The notes under the pieces: model-generated
Told to the model about the DNA's origin: nothing
What the model saw: the letters and a program-made list of their open reading frames with translations, nothing else
Databases searched by the model: none
Position numbers and translations under genes: made by a program
Shown here: positions 37,883 through 43,646 of the stretch, in pieces
Layout: every line of letters starts with the position of its first letter
Numbering within the stretch: the stretch's first letter is position 1
DNA from: Acidimicrobiia bacterium
GTDB taxonomy: Bacteria > Actinomycetota > Acidimicrobiia > IMCC26256 > JACDBD01
Length of the DNA stretch: 43,646 bases
NCBI GenBank assembly: GCA_050743385.1
Contig: JBOGFJ010000079.1
Span: 1 to 43,646 of the forward strand
Reading direction: 5' to 3'

Positions 37883-38924
37883 CCCGGGGCCGCGGGCGCA
37901 CGAGGAGCGCGCCGCACGCCAGCGTGAGCACGGCCGCGATTGCGATTGCGGCGGTCCCCTGCCACGGCCACGAGTCGCCTGACCCCTGGCCCAGCACGTC
38001 GAGCGCCGACATCTCGTCGAGGCGGACGAGGCCGGTGTCGACGACGCTCGGCGACTCCTTCCCCACACTGGTCGCGAGGTCGTAATTGAGGTCGCTGACC
38101 GGCGTCTCCAGCTCGAGGTAGGTGAACCACGCGTCCTCCGGCACCCACTCCATGTTCTTGTCCGAGCGAAGGTCGTCGAGGAGCAGGTCGCTCGCAGGTT
38201 CCGAACGCTCGAGCGCGAGCCCGGACCCCGCGAGCAGCTCGGGCTTCTCGTCGGTGAGGAGGAAGACGTCGGCCTGCACGATCTCGTCCGCGGGCTTGCC
38301 CGTCGCGAGGATCCGCAGCGGCACCCACGGCTGTTCGAGCGGGATGGCGAGGTGCACGGGGATGCCGTCGCCACCCTGGAAGCCGTCTTCACCCGCCGCC
38401 TCGGCGTCGAACTTGGCCGCCATGAAGTACGGCGAGCGCTCCGAGTAGAACTCGAGCACCTCGGGTGTGTCGTCGGTGAGCGTGAAGCCCTGCTCGGCGG
38501 CCCACGCGCTGACGTCCGCCCCGCCACCGCGCAGGATGCTGACGTCGAGCGACCCGATGCGGGTCTGTTGCAGCACGTCGACGCCCCCCGCGGTTGCCGG
38601 CACCGCGTCCTCGAATGCCTCCGACTCGCGCAACGGCGGCGCAACCTCCTGCTGGAGCCGCTGGAGGGTCCAGTCGCCGGCCCGCTCCACGGTGGTGGGC
38701 TCCCCCGGCAGGGGGATGATCGACCCGAACGACTCCTGGCTGCCGGCGAACTCGAAGTTGGTGATGTAGTGCTCGACGCCGTCGTGGTGGGCGGCGAGCG
38801 TGCTCGTGCGCAGCAGCTGCACGGCGCCGTTGGGCGCGACCAGGCTGCCGCAGGCCCATGCGGCGGTGGTGCCGGCGAGCGTGACGCCGACGACGAGCGC
38901 GGCCAGGATCGGGAGACGACGCAT
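37866..38924 (-). CDS. Secreted/anchored protein resembling the DUF2330 family
   Basis: ATG 38924 is preceded by GAGAGGGGAA. Signal peptide MRRLPILAALVVGVTLAGTTAAWACG and a C-terminal TM helix AAIAIAAVLTLACGALLV. The longer track ORF runs into the neighbouring gene. Family assignment is from memory only. Confidence 0.65.
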   Translation of the reverse strand: MRRLPILAALVVGVTLAGTTAAWACGSLVAPNGAVQLLRTSTLAAHHDGVEHYITNFEFAGSQESFGSIIPLPGEPTTVERAGDWTLQRLQQEVAPPLRESEAFEDAVPATAGGVDVLQQTRIGSLDVSILRGGGADVSAWAAEQGFTLTDDTPEVLEFYSERSPYFMAAKFDAEAAGEDGFQGGDGIPVHLAIPLEQPWVPLRILATGKPADEIVQADVFLLTDEKPELLAGSGLALERSEPASDLLLDDLRSDKNMEWVPEDAWFTYLELETPVSDLNYDLATSVGKESPSVVDTGLVRLDEMSALDVLGQGSGDSWPWQGTAAIAIAAVLTLACGALLVRPRPRVSRPA

Positions 38925-39009
38925 CCGGTTTCCCCTCTCTTCCGCCGCCCACATCGGGCGGTTGCGGTTCGGGGACTTGGACGATCCGAACGCGTGCTCC
39001 GGTTCCCGG

Positions 39010-39861
39010 TTAGTCGCGCTTCCGTGATCCGTAGTCGCCGAAGGGGTCGTCGCGGTCGCGCACGACCTGGCGGAAGCCGACCTCCTGGGCTCGGGCGACG
39101 AAGTCGAGGCCCTCCTGCGTGTGGCGGGCGATGCCGTCGAAGAGGGTGCCGAGGGTGCGGCTCGAGGCGAGGCCCATGTTCTCGGCCGTCTGGTTGCAGA
39201 GGAGCTTGAGCATGACGAGCTGGGTCGTCGGCACCTGGGCCATCCGCTTCGCGAACGCGAACGCGTGCTCCTGGAGCGCGTCGTCGGGCACCGTCTCGAG
39301 CACCAGCCCGATGCGAGCGGCTTCGGGCGCAGCGATCTCGTCACCGGTGAGGAGGTAGCGCTTCGCCTGCTCGAGACCGAGTCGGTAGACCCACATCGCA
39401 GTGGTAGGCGTGCCCCACACGCGCGAAGGCGGGTAGCCGAAGCTCGCGCCCTCGGCGGCGACAACGAGGTCGGCGCAGAGCACGAGATCGGTGCCGCCCG
39501 CGATGCACCAACCCTGCACCGCCGCGATCGTCGGCTTCGACGCGTACCAGAGCTTGAGATAGGTGGCGACGAAGCGGCTCATCATGCGGTAGTCGGCCAC
39601 CGAGTCCCACACCCGACCCTCGGTGCCCTCCCACGCCTGCGCCGCGGTCGACCAGTCGAGGCCGTAGCCGGAGCAGAACGCCGGCCCTTCGGCGCGCAAC
39701 AGGATCACGCGGACATCGGGGTCGGCATCGTGGGCGTCGATCGCGTCGGCGAGCTCGTCGCGCAGTGCTGGCGTGATGGTGTTGTACTCGTCGGCGCGGG
39801 TGAGCCAGATCGAGCCGACGCCCTCGCTCACCTCGGTGCGCAGCGTCGTGTACTCGGGCAC
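39010..39861 (-). CDS. Enoyl-CoA hydratase/isomerase (crotonase) family protein
   Basis: 283 aa. VGSIWLTRADEYNTITPALRDEL...VILLRAEGPAFCSGYGL...AVQGWCIAGG. Confidence 0.85.
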   Translation of the reverse strand: MPEYTTLRTEVSEGVGSIWLTRADEYNTITPALRDELADAIDAHDADPDVRVILLRAEGPAFCSGYGLDWSTAAQAWEGTEGRVWDSVADYRMMSRFVATYLKLWYASKPTIAAVQGWCIAGGTDLVLCADLVVAAEGASFGYPPSRVWGTPTTAMWVYRLGLEQAKRYLLTGDEIAAPEAARIGLVLETVPDDALQEHAFAFAKRMAQVPTTQLVMLKLLCNQTAENMGLASSRTLGTLFDGIARHTQEGLDFVARAQEVGFRQVVRDRDDPFGDYGSRKRD

Positions 39862-39865
39862 CGCG

Positions 39866-40438
39866 TCAGCCGTCGTCGCGGAAGTTGAGGTAGTAGCGCG
39901 ACGGCGTCGGCCCGCGCTGGCCTTGGTACTTCGACCCGGTTGCGCCGCTCCCGTACGGATGGTCCGCCGGTGTGGTCATCTGGAAGAAGGAGATCTGACC
40001 GATCTTCATGGCCGGGTAGATGGCGATCGGCAGCGTGGCGACGTTTGAGAGCTCAAGTGTGAGGTGCCCGTCCCAACCTGCATCGACGAAACCCGCGGTT
40101 GCGTGCGTGAGCAGGCCGATACGACCGAGGCTCGACTTCCCGTCGAGCCGCGCCGCGAGGTCGTCGGGGAGACGTACGCGTTCGAGCGTCGACGCCAGCG
40201 CGAACTCGCCCGGGTGCAGGATGAACGCCTTGCCGTCGGGGATCTCGACCAGCTCGGTGAGGTCCTCCTGGGGCTCCTTCGGATCGATGAACGGTGTGGT
40301 GTCGTTGCGAAAGACCCGGAAGAAATGGTCGACGTGCATGTCGACGGAGGACGGCTGCACCGCGCTGTCGTCCAAGGGGTCGATGAGGATGCGCCCCGAC
40401 GAGATCGCCTCGCGGATGGAACGGTCGGAGAGAATCAC
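39866..40438 (-). CDS. dcd: dCTP deaminase (probably bifunctional dCTP deaminase/dUTPase, as in mycobacteria)
   Basis: [21 protein letters not shown]...[33 protein letters not shown]...[14 protein letters not shown]. Confidence 0.95.
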   Translation of the reverse strand: MILSDRSIREAISSGRILIDPLDDSAVQPSSVDMHVDHFFRVFRNDTTPFIDPKEPQEDLTELVEIPDGKAFILHPGEFALASTLERVRLPDDLAARLDGKSSLGRIGLLTHATAGFVDAGWDGHLTLELSNVATLPIAIYPAMKIGQISFFQMTTPADHPYGSGATGSKYQGQRGPTPSRYYLNFRDDG

Positions 40439-40482
40439 GCCGGCGAGGTTATCGGCCCGCTTTGGTAGCCTCGCCGGCTCTC

Positions 40483-40553
40483 GCGGGTGTAGTTCAGAGG
40501 CAGAACATCAGCTTCCCAAGCTGAGAACGCGGGTTCGATTCCCGTCACCCGCT
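40483..40553 (+). tRNA. tRNA-Gly (anticodon CCC at 40515-40517); no encoded CCA
   Basis: Manual cloverleaf: acceptor GCGGGTG/CACCCGC, D arm GTTC/GAAC, anticodon arm TCAGC-TTCCCAA-GCTGA, T arm GCGGG-TTCGATT-CCCGT. Confidence 0.9.
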
Positions 40554-40635
40554 CTCGCTTTCCTGGCGCTCGACTGCGCTCGTGCCACGCCCGTGCCACG
40601 ACTCGCCGGGGGTCGCGCGCACTTGGTGGCGGCGA

Positions 40636-42021
40636 ATGACCCGCCGCCCCTGGGGGAGCGTCCGCCGCCTGCCGTCGGGCCGGTACCAGGCCCGGTACCG
40701 GGTCGACGGTGTGGTGCACACCGCGCCGCGCACGTTCCGGACCAAGCGCGACGCCGACGCCTTTCTCGCCCGGACACGCGCCGACCTCGAGCGCGGCGCC
40801 TGGGCCGACCCCGACGCCGGCAAGGTGCCGCTGGCCGAGTACGCCTGGCGCTGGCTCGACGAGCGCCCGAACCTGCGCCCGCGCACCCAGGAGCTCTACG
40901 AGGGCCTGCTGCGGCTCCACGTGCTGCCCGCGCTCGGCGACACGCCCCTGCGGGACCTGCGGCGCCCCGCGATCCGCACCTGGCACGCCGGCCTTCGGAA
41001 GGGCACGAAGCCGGGAGCCTCGACGGCAGCCAAGGCCTACCGGCTGCTGCGCAGCATCCTCGCCACCGCGGTCGAGGACGACCTGCTCACCAAGAACCCG
41101 TGCGCGATCAGAGGCGCCGGCGTCGAGCGGGCCAAAGAGCGGCCCATCGCCACCATCGAGCAGGTCTACGCCATCGCCGACGCGATCGAGCCTCGGTACC
41201 GCGCGCTCGTGCTCACAGCGACGTTCACGGGCCTGCGTCTCGGCGAGCTGCGGGCGCTCACGCGGGGGCGCCTCGACCTGCTGCACGCCACCGTGCACGT
41301 CGTCGAGGGAACGTCCGAGCTCAAGCACGGCGAGCTCGTCGTCGGTCCGCCCAAGTCCGACGACGGCATCCGGAAAGTGGCGATTCCCGCCGCGGTGATA
41401 CCGGAGCTGGAAGCGCACCTCGGCCGCTGGAGCGCACCGGGGCCCGACGGACTCGTGTTCTGCGGCACCAGGGACCAGCCGATCCGCCGAGCGAGCCTGT
41501 ACACGGCGTGGCGGCGAGCTATGCGAGCTGTCGGCTTCGAGGAGCTGCACTTCCACGATCTCAGGCACACGGGCAACACGCTGGCCGCTGCGACGGGTGC
41601 AAGCACCAAGGAGCTCATGGTCCGGATGGGCCACGCGTCTCCGCGTGCGGCGCTGATCTACCAGCACGCCACGCAGGATCGAGACAAGGCGATCGCAGAG
41701 GCGTTGAGCGAGCAGATCGCCCGCGCCGTCGAGAAGGCTGCAGCGACGGTGACCCGCTCGATCCCCCCTCGGGCGGTGCGTGATCTGGCAGACCCATTGG
41801 GTGCACGCGCGCACCAGAACGGGCATTACGTGCGCGTCGACGGCTCCCGCGCTCAGCTGGGCTCACCGGCAAAGCAAGGCGGTCTAGCGGCGACCGAACG
41901 CCGATTCCGTGCGACACAGGTCGACACCCGCGCGCTCGTCCGGTGCGCGCCGGCAGAGGGGCAGCTGGCTCTGGAGCCAGGTCAGCTCGTCTGCGCCCGG
42001 AACGCGACCACGTCGGAGTAG
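40636..42021 (+). CDS. Tyrosine recombinase / phage-type integrase
   Basis: N-terminus MTRRPWGSVRRLPSGRYQARYRVDG (typical SAM-like arm). Catalytic-region motifs TGLRLGELRAL, HFHDLRHTGNTLAA and MGHASPRAALIYQH. ATG 40636. Carries an unusually long C-terminal tail. Confidence 0.88.
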   Translation: MTRRPWGSVRRLPSGRYQARYRVDGVVHTAPRTFRTKRDADAFLARTRADLERGAWADPDAGKVPLAEYAWRWLDERPNLRPRTQELYEGLLRLHVLPALGDTPLRDLRRPAIRTWHAGLRKGTKPGASTAAKAYRLLRSILATAVEDDLLTKNPCAIRGAGVERAKERPIATIEQVYAIADAIEPRYRALVLTATFTGLRLGELRALTRGRLDLLHATVHVVEGTSELKHGELVVGPPKSDDGIRKVAIPAAVIPELEAHLGRWSAPGPDGLVFCGTRDQPIRRASLYTAWRRAMRAVGFEELHFHDLRHTGNTLAAATGASTKELMVRMGHASPRAALIYQHATQDRDKAIAEALSEQIARAVEKAAATVTRSIPPRAVRDLADPLGARAHQNGHYVRVDGSRAQLGSPAKQGGLAATERRFRATQVDTRALVRCAPAEGQLALEPGQLVCARNATTSE

Positions 42022-42398
42022 TCCGTCAAGCGCGAGAGCCTGCCAGCCCGCACCTTCCCAACCATGACGTTGCGCAACGAGAAGGCTCTGCCCGAGGCAT
42101 CTGGCCCGCGGTCGTGGGTCCCCGTCTCGTCGTACTCGACCGCGAACCCCTCCTCGGTGACCACCGCAAATGTCGTCGTCAGCCGGAAGTCGGAGGACAG
42201 CTCCTTGTCATAGCCATCGATCAGCCGAACGATCGCTTCCACGCCGTGAGCCGTCGCCCATGCGTCGCCTGACCAGCAGATGTATTCGGCATCGTCCGTC
42301 ATCAACTCGCCAACGGCGGCGGCGTCGTGAGCATTCAGCGCGGTTATGAGCTCGTCAACCAACTCGCCTGCCCCACGCCTTCCAGCATCCTGATGCAT
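41982..42398 (-). CDS. SnoaL-like / NTF2-fold protein
   Basis: 139 aa from ATG 42398. ELVDELITALNAHDAAAVGELMTDDAEY...FRLTTTFAVVTEEGFAVEYD...RNVMVGKVRAGRLSRLTDYSD. Its 3' end overlaps the integrase 3' end by 40 nt. Confidence 0.6.
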   Translation of the reverse strand: MHQDAGRRGAGELVDELITALNAHDAAAVGELMTDDAEYICWSGDAWATAHGVEAIVRLIDGYDKELSSDFRLTTTFAVVTEEGFAVEYDETGTHDRGPDASGRAFSLRNVMVGKVRAGRLSRLTDYSDVVAFRAQTS

Positions 42399-42740
42399 CC
42401 GCCGATCTTGGCCGATCGAACGCCAATACGCAGATGCGATCATCCACGTGCGCCATATCGACGGTTCCGTCGCGACAAACGGTCGTGTACGTGAGTCTTC
42501 AGCCGGCGAGCTGCGGCGGTACCCGCGTACCAAACTGCCGATCGGCGCACGTAAACCTCGAGCCGTCCCGTCACAAGCTCAACGGCCAGCTCACCCGAGC
42601 CAACAGCTCCGATCACGTCCGAGCCGTCAGACCCGCGTCCACGACGAGGCATTTGCACCTGCCCTGCCAGCCCGCGCGAGCACGGAATCTGCGCGAGACA
42701 CACTTGTACGTGGACGCCAGGCGCCCACGTTGCGGCGCGC

Positions 42741-42831
42741 CGGGAGCGATCAAGTTGCCCGACGGGAGTGATCTCGATGACTCCCGCCGGGGCGCCCTGG
42801 TCACTCCCGCCGGAGACGCTGATCACTCCCG
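42741..42831. repeat. Array of five 11-bp motifs GAT(C/G)(A/G)CTCCCG with 22-23 bp phasing: two in reverse orientation and three forward
   Basis: Reverse copies cgggagcgatc 42741 and cgggagtgatc 42763. Forward copies gatgactcccg 42776, ggtcactcccg 42799 and gatcactcccg 42821. The array ends 54 nt upstream of the RHH gene. Confidence 0.85.
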
Positions 42832-42884
42832 CGCTGCCTCCACGCTCCCCTGGCGCAATCGTGATGTCGCGCTATCGTGAGGGC

Positions 42885-43094
42885 ATGGCAAAGCAGACGA
42901 CCGTGAGGCTGCCCGAAGAGCTCGCTGACCAGGCCGAGGCAGTGGCGCGTGTGAAGGGCACCAGTGTCAACGCGCTGATCGTGGAGTCGCTCGCGGCCGA
43001 GATCCAGCGGGTGCGGGCGAACAAGGACTTCACCGCCCGGGCCCGCGAGCTCCTCCAGCGTGACAAGGAGCTGCTCGACCGCCTCGCTCGGTGA
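42885..43094 (+). CDS. Ribbon-helix-helix (CopG/Arc-type) antitoxin-like protein
   Basis: 69 aa. MAKQTTVRLPEELADQAEAVARVKGTSVNALIVESLAAEI. Its stop overlaps the downstream GTG (GTGA 43091-43094). Confidence 0.75.
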   Translation: MAKQTTVRLPEELADQAEAVARVKGTSVNALIVESLAAEIQRVRANKDFTARARELLQRDKELLDRLAR

Positions 43095-43503
43095 CCCGCT
43101 ACCTCAGCCTGGCGGAGTACTTCTGGCTCGCTGAGCAGGTCACCGGTATCGAAGCGGCCGTGCTGGCCAAGGCATCGAGGGTCGAGCTCGCCGATTCGGC
43201 ACTCCACGCGCCCGCGGCCGGCTTCGGAGACCAGGACTTCTATCCCGACCTCCTCGACAAAGCGGTCGTCCTGACCTGTCGCCTCGCCTGGAACCACCCG
43301 CTGCCCGACGGCAACAAACGAGCTGCCTGGGCCGCGCTGGTGCTGTTCCCGACCTCAACGGCGTGGCGTGGGAGCCGGACCCACCCGACGTCGACGAGGC
43401 CGAAGCGGCGATGCTCGCTGTCGCCGCCCACGAAGTGGACGAAGCCTAGTTCGCCGACTGGCTCCGAACTCGTGTCCGAGTCCGCAATGACGGCGACGAG
43501 TGA
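43091..43503 (+). pseudogene. doc: Doc (death-on-curing, Fic-fold) toxin gene disrupted by a 1-nt frameshift and an in-frame TAG
   Basis: The Doc motif WNHPLPDGNKRAAWAALVLF is intact. After ttc (43346-43348) the homologous reading LDLNGVAWEPD...AAMLAVAAHEVDEA continues in another frame. TAG at 43447-43449 precedes a Doc-like tail FADWLRTRV, which ends at TGA 43501-43503. Confidence 0.65.
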
Positions 43504-43514
43504 ACTCGCCGCCA

Positions 43515-43547
43515 GATGACTCCCGCGCGCGACTCAGATAACTCCCG
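43515..43547. repeat. Two more copies of the 11-bp motif (gatgactcccg 43515, gataactcccg 43537), 22 bp apart, downstream of the Doc remnant
   Basis: Read directly. Motif and phasing match the 42741-42831 array. Confidence 0.8.
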
Positions 43548-43646
43548 CCGCGCCGCCTAGGTAGACGCCTCGCGTCCACCTAGAAGCGTGTCTCGCGTAG
43601 ATCGAGAGTTGGATGGCGCGTTTTGGCGGCGGCGCGTGCGGATTTG

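Larger units (their letters stand above)
40554..43646. mobile_element. Left part of a putative tRNA-Gly-integrated genomic island; its right end is not in the window
   Basis: A tyrosine integrase lies immediately 3' of the tRNA. Downstream cargo has visibly lower GC in the 42.4-42.8 kb stretch. An RHH/Doc remnant and a repeat array are present. Confidence 0.5.

Noticed and set aside
37866-39464. The full 532-aa track ORF for the DUF2330-like gene, and similarly extended N-termini for purQ, purC, purB, purD, the patatin gene, the small 16225 ORF and the SnoaL-like gene.
   Set aside because: The extensions are Arg/Pro-rich, overlap neighbouring genes and lack an RBS. Internal starts give conserved N-termini or signal peptides, and stop/start coupling with neighbours.
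40020-41783. A 587-aa plus-strand ORF spanning the dcd antisense region, the tRNA and the integrase region.
   Set aside because: It runs through a well-formed tRNA gene and has an Arg/Pro/Ala-rich nonsense composition. The integrase frame, with its canonical motifs, explains the region.
42440-42652. A possible 70-aa minus-strand ORF (MPRRGRGSDGSDVIGAVGSGELAVELVTGRLEVYV...) upstream of the SnoaL-like gene.
   Set aside because: It has no recognisable domain or convincing RBS, and only moderate third-position GC. I could not distinguish it from non-coding island DNA, so I left it unannotated.
42741-42831. The phased repeat array as a CRISPR array.
   Set aside because: The repeats are only 11 bp with 11-12 bp gaps. 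They occur in both orientations, and no cas genes are nearby.

Overview
This is a very GC-rich chromosomal segment with third-codon positions dominated by G/C, consistent with Actinomycetota. I did not compute GC content. The GC bias produces many long spurious antisense ORFs in the six-frame track, and I discarded these.

The backbone is housekeeping:
- A minus-strand purine operon, purA-purD-purB-purC-purS-purQ, with purL further downstream.
- clpB.
- The heat-shock operon dnaK-grpE-dnaJ-hspR, with HspR-type inverted repeats (HAIR) upstream of both dnaK and clpB.
- An Fe-S oxidoreductase, a DUF2330-like protein, an enoyl-CoA hydratase and dcd.

Three accessory or unusual regions stand out.

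1. About 14 kb of plus-strand genes (2.8-16.8 kb) sit between purQ and purL. They encode a LAL/LuxR STAND regulator bracketed by a perfect 23-bp inverted repeat, and a tightly packed MMPL operon. That operon contains a translationally coupled triad: a stand-alone cNMP-binding protein, a class III cyclase fused to a STAND NTPase and TPR-like region, and a cNMP-binding/patatin phospholipase. A hot-dog protein and a PLP decarboxylase follow. This is my best candidate for an undescribed cyclic-nucleotide-to-phospholipase system.

2. A divergent pair of an FHA-domain adenylate cyclase and a Ser/Thr kinase, followed by a secreted protein with 22 consecutive prolines.

3. A tRNA-Gly(CCC) followed by a tyrosine integrase. 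This marks the left end of a genomic island that carries a phased 11-bp repeat array and a decayed RHH/Doc toxin-antitoxin pair.

Other points:
- A 43-nt nested palindromic element occurs twice at gene 3' ends.
- No rRNA, CRISPR array or transposase was seen.
- All functional calls rest on motif recognition by eye. No database search was possible.
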